In this document: in pieces, positions 1 to 12,245 of the stretch
Layout: each line of letters opens with the position of its first letter
How positions within the stretch are numbered: position 1 is the first letter of the stretch
Assembly: GCA_900617105.1 (NCBI GenBank)
Contig: UYFQ01000815.1
Span: 1-46,895, forward strand
Source: Hydrurus foetidus
Taxonomy: Eukaryota
Length of the DNA: 46,895 bases
Reading direction: 5' to 3'
Position numbers and translations under genes: made by a program
Notes under the pieces: model-generated
Database searches by the model: none
The model's input: only the letters and a program-made list of their open reading frames with translations
Told to the model about the DNA's origin: nothing

Positions 1-700
1 AAACCATCTTGTCGATGACTCGTCCGACGTATTCAATACGTTTGAGACCGAATCTGCATTTCTTTGCTTTGAGCTTAAGATTTTTAAGTCTAAATCTTTC
101 AAAAACGCTGCGCAGATTCTTGAGAAACTCTGCTTCGCCCCGGCCATATACAATGCAATCGTCGAGATACATCTCGCAACAGCTGTATATAAGACCGTGA
201 AGGACCGTTGTCACCATCTGCTCTTGAAAGTAAGAGGGGGCACGACAAGGGCCAAAAGGCAATCTCGTGAATTGAAACACCCCCATGAAACATATAAATG
301 CCGTATAGATTCGGTGGTGTGTGTACAGAGGTGCTTGGTGATAAACCGGTTTTCGATTACCGATCCTCTCAAAGAGGTGTTTGATATTGGGTAGGGGAAA
401 GGAGGCCGGCTCAATGCATTCATTGAGTGCGCGATAGTCGATGCAGGTTCGATATGTATCGGCTGTCTTATTTACCATTACAGGATGACTGTAGTATGCA
501 GCGTTCGACCTCTCGATCACACCATCCTCCAGCATCTCTTCAATCGAAGTGCGGAGGTAATGTTCCTTTTTAGAGGATTGTGGGCGCACTGGTGTGCGGT
601 TCGATGGAACCTCCCACTTTTGCCTAGGCAAATTGATCTCAAACGGTTTGAGATGTGCAGCTTGCGGGGCTAGCTTATCACTGAAAATATCAGCGAATTC
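1..700 (-). pseudogene. Gypsy reverse transcriptase fragment
   Basis: Manual translation gives RTCIDYRALNECIEPASFPLPNIKHLFERIGNRKP|VYHQAP...FTRLPFGPCRAPSYFQ...MYLDDCIVYG...KKCRFGLKRIEYVGRVI. The FxxxDLxxG segment with the first catalytic Asp is missing. The upstream limit is approximate. Confidence 0.88.
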
Positions 701-1515
701 TGAACAGAGAGTACGCAAATCCTTCTGAAGGCTTTCATCTCCCTCAAAATGGATTTGTGACAAAAAATCATCCGGCCCATTGGGCGGTACATTTCGGCAC
801 GTCTTGTCACGCAAGAAAGGTGCGAAAGTGTCAGTCTTGTCATTGTCAATCTCGTCAACGGAGAGTGCGACACCGCTTGGCCATACGGCTTCCACGTCAT
901 AGTCTGATGTAACAGAGTCCCCAGAGGTATGTGTGAGGGTGGGAATCGAGTCACCACCTAGGTGCGGGGTATCACCCGTACGTTTTGCGAGTCTAGTCGT
1001 GACACTAGCCAGTCGCTCACAACCCACATCACCACATGGACTTTGGGTAGCTACTCCCTCGGAACCAACCTGGGTAACGTTACACGTGAACGTTGCATGA
1101 CAACCTGACCCCACGACTTTCTTGGTTAAAGGTGCGTGCAAAATGGCCTTCTTTGGTTTTGAGGTTGGCTTCGGGCAAAGGCCGTATGGTTCTCTTTTCA
1201 GAGCGAGTTTAGTCTGTGTGATTCCCTTCAACAAGTCATATGTTGGGGTAATCGACTCTACCTCTGGTTCTTCGGGTTGGAATCCCTCCGATATCATACG
1301 CCTGGTGTATTTGCTCCAGTGAAGCGGGTCAAGCTTTGTTATCGCTTCCCTTTCTTCAAATTCGCGCCAACGAATATCCCTTTTCCTTTTGTTCTCCGCA
1401 CTGAGCTCAGGAGAGATACCAAAAGCAAAAGGTGTTAATGACATAAAATCATATTTATTTACAGTGTTGCGACTTAACAAAAGTTCAATATCTGTATTCC
1501 GATTAACTCGCAAGG

Positions 1516-3360
1516 TTAAAAGGATTTTGTGACATTCGCCATCATAAGAATGAAATTGAGAGTCAAATTAATAATTTCGTTATTTACATAGCAATGGCCA
1601 TCAAGACCAGAGCAAACAGTTATGGCTTTAGGAGCCTCATAACAGAGATGCATAGCATTTAGTTTTTGAATCATAATGAAAGAAATAAAATCCTCAGAAT
1701 AATTGGCGGTGTCCAACACGGCCTTGCCCACAATGCGTCGTACGCTAGTCTGGTTATCCGTATCCTTATCCTGTACCGAAACAGTAACGTTTAAGTAATT
1801 AGAAGGAAGGGTAGACGGGTCATGCAAATATTCATCTTGAATAAGCGTTGGAAGTGTATCGACATGTGAAATGCACGACACAACATCCGGTAGGTTTAAA
1901 ATGTCAGATGAATCAACATCATAATCATTTATACCTTGATTTTGTCCCGCTGAATCGGAAGACGAGTTGGGTCCCCCCTGGGGTGGGTTGTATTTACCCC
2001 CACGGGGATTTTTCCCTTGGTAGCCTCTACCAGCGTTTTGGTTACCCGGGTTATTACCCTTGGTTACCGCGGTTATTACCTTGGTAACCGGAATTACCCT
2101 GGTTATTACCTTGGTTACCGCGGTTATTACCTTGGTTGCCTTGGTTGGGGTTGTTTTGGTTACCCGACCCATGGTTATTCTTTGACTTCTTGTTAGTGAA
2201 CATCAAGAAGGGAGGGGAACCAGCGGGGTGGTGCCGCTGACGGTTTTCGTAACCAGGAAGGATTAACCTTTCCTGCCACATGGATTCACCGTTGGCTAAC
2301 CATGCCTGCCCCACAGCTGATTCAGACCATTGAATGGAGTGATCGTTGTTTGTGTCAGTGTAATATAACACGGGGCATGCGGGAAGCATGTGTGCAGGAT
2401 TTCCACACGAGCGGCAGACTCGAGGAGCCACTGGGGGTACATCCAATGAGGTACGAACCGCTAGGGTGCTTTTGCCGCTAGGTGGATCCACATCGCGAAT
2501 CGCGAGTGTACTCTCCCTCTTCTGTGATGCACGTAGAGGGGGTACTGCGGTACTCGGAAACGAGTAGATGAGATCAGGATTGCCGTAGCTCCTGCTCATT
2601 CGAATAGCCTCGCGCGCCGCGGAGACGACAGAGATGAGGCGCATCATGGCGGACTCCCATGTAGGGGTGACTGTGTGTCGACCCTCTTAGACTCAAAGTA
2701 GTCTGATTGGATACGACTGCCACGAGCAAGTCGTTTCTCCAAAATCGTTATCAACTCCCTGTTGGTTGGGAGTGATACGGCGGGTGCGCTCGTAATTGGT
2801 TACCAATTCCTTGTACGCCATGTACGTGCTCAACTCTTCCTCATCGGAATTAGTGAGTAATGAAATGGTACCTTAGCGAAAAGTTCCGCGAGGGTATGAT
2901 CTGCATGGTCTCGTTGTTTATTCGAGCCAAAATACTGCATGATTAGTTTCGCAACATAATCAATGTCAAGTATATTCTGCCATTCGAACCTCTGTTCTAG
3001 TGTCAGAGACGAAGGAGCGGCGTCTGTCATAATCTTGACGTGGAGCAAGTCAATCGCTTGACGTTGCATGCATTCATTAATGCGTAAGCGAGGCAGCCGC
3101 TGAGCTTGCTCAAAGAAGCTCTCAGCGTCTTGCGGAGTGATGTAATCGCCTTTTAGGACGAATATCTCTCGCTGCATCTGCATAGTCTGTGGAAACAGGA
3201 TAGTCTGCGCCACCGAAGACTGTGAGGTTTGGGTGGCATTTAAAATACCCCCGTCCTCTTCTAGCACTTCCTCTTCCTCAGTGTCAACAACTGGAGGATG
3301 TTCGATGAGTTTACCCTCATCGTCGTAACGAGGATAAGATGCTTCTTCGTCATCTGCCAT
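1516..3360 (-). pseudogene. Gypsy gag and aspartic protease, frameshifted
   Basis: ORFs 2830-3360, 2054-2647 (CCHC knuckle, N/Q/G-rich tail) and 1516-2172 (GKAVLDTANYSEDFIS). Confidence 0.82.
2035..2155 (-). repeat. Short imperfect tandem repeat encoding the GNQGNN(R/Q) low-complexity gag tail
   Basis: Repeated ggttattaccttggttacc-like units. Confidence 0.75.
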
Positions 3361-3831
3361 GGTATATGACTTCGAGACGTTATAATTCCGTCAAAGTCTA
3401 AGCAACGAAGGGATCTCGGCGTCAAAAAAATTTTGCCAGAGCTTCGCCTTGTTAGCTTTGAGGGTACTTTACGCAAGTAACAGCGAATAAGTCGATTTCA
3501 ACCAACTCTTGTTGAGAAAATCTCTTAGGCGTGAAAGCCAATTTTTGAGTGGTGAAAATTTTTGGTGTCCGTAAAGGATGAAGGAAGTAATTCCCACCAG
3601 CCAAAAGAAGTCGTTAGACTAATTTGGTGTCGTTAGCAATGAATCCAATGTTCAAATTGCAAACCGACGAGTTTGAAAATGTCGAGTGGTGAAGGCTTTC
3701 GCGAATTCAACCAACTACGAACTTTGGAGACACCAATAATGGGTTCCAAGAGGAAAGAGGCTAAGCCCAACTTTCGCTAACTTAAACTAAGTTCTTGGAG
3801 CGTAGCTCAGCAAGAATTTCGACTCCGAAGA

Positions 3832-4144
3832 TGTCGTGAGTAATAATACTCAGGTGTTGGAAGTCGTAACTAAAGTTTGGACGAGTAGAGGGGAATTAGG
3901 GGCAGTAGAAATTTTCCCGAGGATAATAGCGCTATTGTGGTCAGGCAAATGGAGAAAGGGGGGCGAGGGAAGGTAGGCTTAGTTACAGGGTGTCTAGGCT
4001 AGAAGCTAGTTAACTTCTAAGTGGACGCTGCAGAAGGCTACGACGATACTACAGCCTAACTGTAGTGTACAGTAGTAGTACCCAGTAGGATCCGGTAGAG
4101 TCGGTACTCGGTAGGATCGGGACCCTGGACCCGGTACTATCACA
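3832..4144 (-). repeat. Probable 5' LTR of the gypsy element
   Basis: On the minus strand it runs TGTGATAG...CTCACGACA (TGT...ACA ends) upstream of gag. The partner LTR is outside the window, so the limits are unconfirmed. Confidence 0.5.
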
Positions 4145-4790
4145 CAGGTGAGTGTGATTATAAAACATATTACAAACATATTTTCTTCTACGCAATACAG
4201 GTGAGTTAATAACAGGTGGCTCATATGCAGTTTCAATTATAGTCTCAGGTGGTGTGAATACTTGAGGGTGTACAATTACAGTTACATCAGCGAAGTCATC
4301 TTCATCATCACTTATACCAAATATGTCATCTATCAGTGCTTGATCATGTTGGGGTTGGAATACATGTGTGTCGTCAGGTGTGTCATTATGATATAGTTGA
4401 TCATTATCATATGCAGTGTTACTGACATATAGTGTGTCATCTACACACTCATCTAATGTAGGTGGATCATTCTCATCATTCATGTCAAGTTGTGATTCAT
4501 GTACAGCTTCTTCAACATCATGGTTGTTATCTAAGATTTCATCAGTTTCTTCCGCGTGAGCAGATTCTTCGATGATATCATATTCAATATCACCAATGTA
4601 TTCAGAATCATCAAACACAATGTGACTGATATTGGCTGTTTTAACATTGGCTGTTTTAACATTGGCAGTTTTTCTCTTTAAAGCTGGTACATTCCGGTGT
4701 AATATCACTTCATTAGGCATAGGCAGTATTGTCGCTTTAGTGCTAACACTACGTTCGTTAGCTAACAGCATATAGCTGATACATGGCGAT
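4145..4790 (-). other. Acidic D/E-rich ORF segment of unknown origin, cut by the putative gypsy LTR
   Basis: Core of ORF 4049-4873. It contains a 15-bp x3 repeat (KTANV KTANV KTANI) at about 4630-4672. No recognisable domain. Confidence 0.3.
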
Positions 4791-4799
4791 AGTACAGGG

Positions 4800-5222
4800 G
4801 TACGTATGCATGTGTATGTATAAGAACGTTCATGCGTAAGTACAGGGGTACTTACGTATGTACGCCTATACATCTATGTACTACGCTATTGGCGATCGTA
4901 CATACGTACATATTAGATATGTACATACATGTGTAAGTACGTGTGTGTACGTATGCATATAATGGTTTGTGCTAACATGTGCACGTACGTATGTACGTGT
5001 GTACGTGACCATACAAGTGTACGCTATGCTACATGCGTGCATACATACGTACATACGTACGTACATATTGACTATGTACGTACATGTGTAAGTACATGTG
5101 TGTACGTATGCATAAATGAGTATGCACTAACATGTGTAAGTACGTGTGTACGTGTGCATGTTATCATATCTGCATGTGTACTTACGTACGAACGTGCCGC
5201 ATAACGTACATGTATATATTTG
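4800..5222. repeat. Degenerate alternating purine-pyrimidine tract (TACG/TATG/TGTG mix)
   Basis: About 420 bp dominated by tacgtatgtacgtgtgtacg-type sequence. Confidence 0.85.
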
Positions 5223-5290
5223 TAACTATATTTGCAACTATATTACTACAGACATAGCTTGATAGAATCAAGTGGTCTAACAGTTACACC

Positions 5291-6487
5291 AAACCTTTTG
5301 GCACATGCTATCAAGCAATCGGCAACCTCTACGGATTTCCACCAGCAGGCCAGAATTTCTCAAAGGAATTCGACAAATGTGTACGCGAATGTGGATACGA
5401 AAACACACCGTGGGACTTAAAGTTCTTCTTTAAGTGGGTCCAAGGTCATCCCCTGATACTGATAGCACACTGAGATGACTTCAGATGGTTTAGATCACTT
5501 GCACTCATTAGCGAATGGGATCTCCTTATCGCTACATTCAACTCCCACAAGTATGAAGTCACCGACGCGACCTCCAAAGAGTTCGTCGGCATCCGCATTA
5601 CATGCGATGAAAACTTCAACTACTACATGGATCAGTCACGTATGATCACGTCCATTGTATCGGAGGCCAACCTTGTTGGCGCCGCCGATGAGCATCTACC
5701 ATATCCACCTTCTGGTGAGAGCCTGTCCAAGGCGGACAACTCTACCGATCTCGATAGGCACATGTACAATAAGTATCCTTACCGACGGGTAGTTGGTCAG
5801 CTTATGTACGGTATGGTACACACATTGATCACAATCATGTACGCTCTCAACATACTATCCAGATATAGTAACAGTCCAGGTGCGAGACACATCAAGTTCC
5901 TCAAGCACTTACTTCGATATGTCCAATACGCCAAGATGAATAGACTCAAATTCACCACACACGACAGTCCCACCGACATCGCTACGATGACCAGTCTACT
6001 GCAATTAAAGTTCCAATGCGATGCTGATCTCGCCGGTAACAAAAACAACCGTCATTCCCAGACTTCCTACATTGGCTACCTCGCCGACAATATCATCTAC
6101 TGGAAGAGTACCGCCCAGGGCAGCATCTCATCATCAACTGCAGAGTCCGAGATCAAGGCAATTAATCACGCACTAAAATCCGATGTCATTCTCCTCCGGG
6201 GTATACTAAACCACATAGGATGGACACAAGCTCCTACAGTCATAGAAGAAGACAATTCCGCTTGTGTTGGCGCTTCACATCATACACACATGACCAAGAA
6301 CCTTCGTCGCATTGACCTGAGCGAAAACTACTTTAAGGACAAAGTCGCCGATGGTACCTGTGTCATTGTTAAAATACCTTCAGGCGAAAACAACTCAGAC
6401 ATAGGTACGAAAAGAGTTCCACTACCACTTTTCGAATACCTAACGCACAGGCTCGTTGACAAGTCTTTACGAAATAATATTAAATAG
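5291..6487 (+). pseudogene. Ty1/copia RT-RNase H, 5'-truncated, with an in-frame stop in the catalytic motif
   Basis: One frame reads GNLYGFPPAG...LIAH*DDFRW (TGA 5471-5473)...EFVGIRI...YPYRRVVGQLMY...CDADLAG...SSSTAESE...EEDNSAC...NNSDIGTK. Confidence 0.93.
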
Positions 6488-6606
6488 CACAAAAAATATA
6501 TCTAATTAAATATCCATGTATCTAACATACGTACTAATTTTACTATCTTATATGAGTGCACGCATGTATTATAGATAACTTTTTATACTTTTTGCCAAAT
6601 CTCTCG

Positions 6607-6712
6607 TACGGGGAGTACAGAGTACATCCTCAGTACGGGGAGTATATATACACATACCGTTCATTTCAATGACTCTCAATAACACGTTCAGCTACATCTT
6701 CACTACGGGGAG
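6607..6712 (+). other. Polypurine-tract motif TACGGGGAG in three copies; the last abuts the LTR
   Basis: tacggggagt at 6607, 6634 and 6704. Confidence 0.7.
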
Positions 6713-7200
6713 TGTCAGTCCAGCACATTCATGCATGATCTGTTAGCATAGTTTCATCTGTAGATTAGCATTCACATGTCACAAGTAGTGTAGCGCTTCC
6801 TCACCCAAAACACCGCCATACACTGTTGTGTACATACGCTCATCGTTCTTCTAGCGATATCTCCCTTCGGGGCCATCACCAAGCATCCGGTTTTTCATCA
6901 CCAAGCATCTGGCTTTCACCAAGATTCGATTTCATGAGCAGCGAGGGTTCCGCCCGTTGCCCAATCGCCAACTTGACTATTCGCTAAATATATTCGCACT
7001 TCGGCGATCATCATTTCATGCACACTGGATGCTTAGCTTTGCTTCTTTGATGGTTGTCTTCTCTGATATCATCGCTAGTTGTTTTACTACTTGATCGTTG
7101 TAAGTAAACACGTTTTCCGAGACCACTTTCAGCAGCCAGTCTTTCTTTTGCGCTTCCGCAGCCAACAGGTAGCTAGCATCACTCCACAGTCTGACTCACA
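6713..7200 (+). repeat. 3' LTR of the copia element
   Basis: Starts TGTCAGTC immediately after the PPT and ends GACTCACA (7/8 inverted match). Similarity to the 13388-13645 copy stops at the same terminal CA. Confidence 0.75.
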
Positions 7201-7339
7201 GGCTGGTCCCGACCTCTTGATCCGATCTATCCACCCACTCTTAAGAGAATATCACTTGAATTTAATATGCTGAAATTGTCAAGTTTCTCATCAATCTTAT
7301 TTGATCATTAGCATCAATCATAGTCCACCTATAACCAAA

Positions 7340-8600
7340 ATACAGAATGTTAATGGTTTCGTTAACACAATATTAGCAACATTTCTAATGCATCTTCAAG
7401 AATTTATAGACGGTTGCAATAATAAATACAATTAATTGAGTAAACAGAAAAACTTAATATTAGCGATATTTGGTAGTATAATTTATGGAATATTTACAAT
7501 GCAAGAGTGCTTCCAATTTGGTGTTTGCATAAAAAACGAGTGGGAAGAAAAAACGGATTACAAGAATCGACAAGTGATATGAAGGGAATGATACTTTCAA
7601 TGGAGCGGGTGCAGGGAGAATGTCTTAAAATAAGAAGTGAGAATAGAGATATACGAACAGAAATAAAATCACTTCAAGAACAAGTAAAAAATGATAATCA
7701 AATTATACAAAGTCAAAATGAAAAATTGTCAATTAATACTGAAATGCTAACAAAATTAACGTTAAATAATGCTGACATTTCTCCGCAGTCAGTCACTTTG
7801 TGTAAGAAGCGTTTCTTTTTCGATTTATCTCATCCAGCAGAATTAAATGAAGACACAAGGAAAAGTGGAGGTGAGCAAATTCTTCCTTAACTTCTCTTTT
7901 TTTATTCTTAAGTGGACTCCTTGATGATTTTGAGTCATGTAAAACATTTTTCATAGATTTCGACAAAGACATTTGAGCCGTTCATCAGGATGAGATCAGC
8001 GCATGCAATCAAGAATTAGGCTATGATATTGTGCACAACTTTGGCGTCGAGTCAGACAAACCGGCAATTTAAATAACGATCAAAGAGTTACTCCTGATAC
8101 ATTTTGAGAAAGAACTTAAGTTCAATGCTACTGAAAAAGGAAGAGGGACGTTTCACAACTTCAGATGCTTCACGGGAATTCCACCAGCGAGACTAGAGTG
8201 AGAAATGCTTTGAATTACATGCACAAAGAAATTAATCCCGAGGTGGAGAGAGCATTATCAACAATAAGACCTAATGTATCTGAGGGAAACGTACCCGAGT
8301 GGAATCAGAAACGCAACAAGATAGCACTTGAGATTCAAGAGAAAGTGATCGATACTTTGTGCAAAGAAGAAACCGAAATCGCAAAAATTCGCTCCGCCGA
8401 AACGTTCTACTCCACATATAACAGTTCTCATGGGACGTTACGATAAAGTGATAACTTCAAGAAGTAATCATTCCACTGTACAATTAGAAGACTCAATGCG
8501 CAACTTTTTGGGGAAATCTACTACTTCTTCTGCCTCCGCCACTTCATCTTCATCATCATCTCCCTCTTCTTCTTCTTCCTCGCCCTTCAAGCAGACCATT
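7340..8600 (+). pseudogene. Decayed coding remnant (coiled-coil-rich fragments), probably TE-derived; family not assigned
   Basis: Same-strand fragmented ORFs 7507-7890 and 8165-8446, with an S-rich tail near 8520-8600. Confidence 0.3.
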
Positions 8601-9841
8601 TGATCAGGAAAGTTCGATCAAAAATCATTTTCACTTTAGGCTTTTGTAATAAGTGCGTCATAATAACATTGTTTTAAACATAACCTTCATAATTGAATAA
8701 ATATTTCTTGTTTTGTGTTATTTTAGATCTACCTATGATACAGAAAAAGTGTAATTTACATTTTTTGATTTATCCACAATGACTTCATGATATACACCCA
8801 TTATTCATAATACCGTATACAAACTTTTGTTCACCTTCAATCTTATTGAATGAATGCAATCTTTACTGTACTCTATAATTGCATCACAAATGACTTTTAC
8901 TTCGAAGGTTGTTTCGAAGCTGCTCTTTCTAATCTAAGCATTACTTGTCAATACACGGCTGTCTGGTACTATTTTGAGCTGCCTATGATACAAAAAAGTA
9001 GTAAAGCTGACAGATTTTTTTTTAATTTAAGTTTTTTACTTATTTCAAAAAGCGAAATAATTGAAATCCACAAGATGAAATGAAGAACAAATCAGTGATT
9101 TAAGGTACATTTACCTCGGCCAATTCAACTCCGTTTCCGGAGAAAAGTACCGATTCTTGCTCGTGAGAACCTTGTCTATACGGCTAGATACAAATTCAGT
9201 GAAAAAAAAATTCCAAACCGTGAAAAAATAACATCGAACCGAAAATTATTTTTCACAGTTTGGTAAATTATTTTTTTCACTGAATTTTTTTCCGGGCAAA
9301 TATATGGGCATACTAAATCTGGAAAAAATACTATAACATAGATTCTGTACCAAAATCTTGAAAATTTTACCAAAACACAGCTGTACTAAAATATGGATTT
9401 TACACCCTAAAGTCAAGATCGACCTACTATTTCATGGAAGTCGTACTTGAATTGGTGCGCAATACTATTTTTATGATGCTGTGCTTTTATTTCTACTCTT
9501 TTTTTGGAGTTTCATGATAAGAACTTCGGGTAATCACGCAGAAGTCATGGGTTTCAGTTAAGATTAGAACGGCCTGGGGGCGGTCAGGGTTAGGGTTAAG
9601 AAATGAGTAAATAATTACAGCTGTCAGTAGATATAGGGTTAGAAAAGCCTTGATTTGTTGACGTTGCCTTGATTGGCTGCGCACGAAACAAACTCGGATG
9701 ATATCTATCGTTTGATAGACGAACAACAGACTCACAGGTATTAGTACAATGGTCTATCTAAATAGTATCATTTCGTTGTTTTTAGTACAGCTTTTATCGA
9801 AAAAGTAGAAGTTACACATATTTGACTATACAAATCTTGTA

Positions 9842-11826
9842 ACGTAGAGACCGGGCCGCTCATAATCTGCTCCTCATAATTTGAATTCAAAACCGTAAGT
9901 GGTGTCCGGGTCCATCCATCATTTCTATTTTCGAATAATGCTAAGTGCCGATTATGTTAGAGCCGATCACAAGCCACCCTTTCAGAATTATACAGATGCG
10001 GCAAGATGAGCGCTCGGAGGTCGATGGATATGAGGAACTTCTTCAATTCTGTCAAGAAGAAGCGTCAGCATATGGCAAATTTGGCTGTACAATACTATGG
10101 AGATGAAGAGAAGGAGCAGCTGGACAATGAATAACGTGAGGAGCTTCGCACTGAACTAGCTGAGCGCCGTAATGAACGCAAGAATCAAAATCGGGCGAGG
10201 AGATTCGAAGCAGCTCGATCATCAACAGATGAAAGAACTGATGAACAAAAAGTTCAAGATGACATTGATTCAGTTGTGGAGGATTTACCTGTCGTTCCTA
10301 CGATGCCCAAGAATGGCGTCAAGAGGCACAAGAGACCACCAAATTGGGAAGACATTGCTGATGAAGCCGAAGTATGGGGGAATGATGCTGCTATGGCAAA
10401 TTTCGCATCGGACTTTGACGGAGCATCTGATACTGCCAAGTATCAGAGATTAAATCAATGGAAGAAGGATTTGAAAGACAAGAAAGTTTCTTCCGTCCAT
10501 CAAGGTCAACCATCGTATAGGAGTGAGATCGACTTACTTCTTCTTGCTGATTGTCATACCAGAAGGGCTGCAGGTCTCTCCATTGATGACGTGATTCTGA
10601 GGCGACTACTTGTAGTTCGTCTAGCTGCAGCAGGAAAAGAAGGAGAGTTGAAAGAGAATGGCGAGAAGTATCACTACGGACATTCATGGGCTATGAGATT
10701 CTACAAGAGACATAACTTGGCTAGCAGAGTATGCACGACGAAGATGAGAGAAATTCCCGCCGATTTCGAAGCCAAAAAAGCCACATACATAAAGATTGGC
10801 GCGGAGCTCATTCACAAGTACAACGTGCCTCCAGCATTGGTTATCAACGGAGATGAGACTGCGGTTCTCCTAGTGAATCGCGCAAAAGTGACTCGGAATA
10901 CAGTGGGAGCAAAACGAGTGAGGATTTTGGGCATGGGTGAGGACAAGGCTCAGATCACGGCGACTATCTTCGCCACTGAAAGTGGTGATGTCCTCCCGTA
11001 CCAGATGATATTTGCAGGTTCTACCACAAGGTGTCACCCTAAGTCCGTTAAACCCGCCGACTGCTTGTGGACGAATACTCAGAGTCACTGGCAATCGGTC
11101 GAAACTTATCTGGAACTTCTTGGTTGGGCGATTGCTCCTTACAAGAACAATGTCATCAGAGCCCTAGGACTCCCAGCCAACCAGATGACGATCCTCAAGC
11201 ACGACTTACATTTTACCCACAAAGATGCCAGTGTCTTGGCTTTTTTGAAGGCAAACAACATATGCCCACTCTACGTGCCAGCGGGATGTACAGACATCAT
11301 TCGGTTGTTAACAAACCATTCAAGAACGCTGTTCGGAGTGCCTTCAGGGACCACTTAGATGCCCTGTTTCAGACACATTTGGCAGCTGGACACCCCCCAA
11401 CAGACTTCGCCCCCAAGCTCACTATGGGTGCACTGAAGCCATACCTCACAGGTTTTGTTGAAAAAGGAATTCTCGCTCTCAAGACGCCAGAGATGAAGGC
11501 CTGCAAAAGAAAGTCTTTTGCAAATGACGGCTTGTTCACTCAAATGTGATCACCCGAGATGCAACTTATGTTGCAGATGGAAGGTGCAGCCCTTGCAGAG
11601 GAAGATCCTGCCATAGAGGAGGGAATCGAGAACGATGAAATCGTTGAAGAAGTAGACGCTGACTCTGATGCTGATGTCTAAGAGATTTAAGATGTTTTAA
11701 GATGATTTTTGTAATTCATACTACTAAGGAATCGACTTTTCGTAAATCATCAGTGGTGTCCGGCTCAGCCCATTATAAAAGGTGGGTTATGAGCCCATCC
11801 GATTATGAGCGACCCGGTCTCTACGT
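9842..11826 (+). mobile_element. pogo-like (Tc1/mariner superfamily) DNA transposon nested in the MITE
   Basis: 26-bp TIR ACGTAGAGACCGGG(C/T)CGCTCATAATC with one mismatch; TA TSD at 9840-9841 and 11827-11828. Confidence 0.92.
10006..11681 (+). pseudogene. pogo/CENP-B-type DDE_1 transposase, inactivated
   Basis: HTH region (HSWAMRFYKRHNL), NGDETAV and KHDLHFTH, then YVPAGCTDII frameshifts into VVNKPFK so the third Asp is lost. In-frame stops near 10132 and at 11547. Confidence 0.9.
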
Positions 11827-12245
11827 TAGTAGAACATTACATGTTTTAGTATTTTTACACACGTTTAAGTATTTTTTTCAGTTTTAAAGTATATCTTCAA
11901 TTGATAAAGTATGTCCGTAAATGGGTGCCATTTTTTTCTAGCCCTATAGACAAGGTTCTCACGAGCAAGAATCGGTACTTTTCTCCGGAAACGGAGTTGA
12001 ATTGGCCGAGGTAAGGCTACAATTCACCGTCACGTGATAACGCGATACGCGATAGCATCACGTGCAGACTATCACGTAAAACGTTGATTCGCCGGACACG
12101 CGGTGACATTTCCAACGTGATAGTATCGCGGATCCTCCAATATTCAACTCGATAAACAGACTGATCGCGTTCTCGATTTCATCAAAACGCGATAAATTAT
12201 AGGACTACATTGCCACCTTGGAAACCATACAATTTATTCAGACAG

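Larger units (their letters stand above)
1..4144 (-). mobile_element. Degenerate Ty3/gypsy LTR retrotransposon (5' LTR, gag, protease, RT); continues off the left edge
   Basis: Minus-strand domain order is gag, PR, RT. CCHC knuckle CRSCGNPAHMLPAC (C-x2-C-x4-H-x4-C), protease-like AVLDTA, and RT motifs TCIDYRALN, RLPFG, EMYLDDCIV (YLDD at 158-169) and KKCRFG. Frameshifts split gag-pol. Confidence 0.92.
9114..12011. mobile_element. Non-autonomous long-TIR DNA transposon (MITE-like, about 0.9 kb without its nested insert)
   Basis: 67-bp perfect inverted repeats CCTCGGCCAATTCAACTCC... at 9114-9180 and 11945-12011, extending a few bp past one mismatch. TA flanks both ends. Confidence 0.88.

Noticed and set aside
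4881..5204. ORFs rich in Y/V/C/T/H on both strands
   Set aside because: Translation artefacts of the alternating purine-pyrimidine tract.
7340..8600. Crypton/tyrosine-recombinase assignment for the decayed ORFs
   Set aside because: Only a vague resemblance; no catalytic R-H-R-Y residues identified.
9585..9645. Telomere or interstitial telomeric array
   Set aside because: Only about two TTAGGG-like units, inside a MITE.
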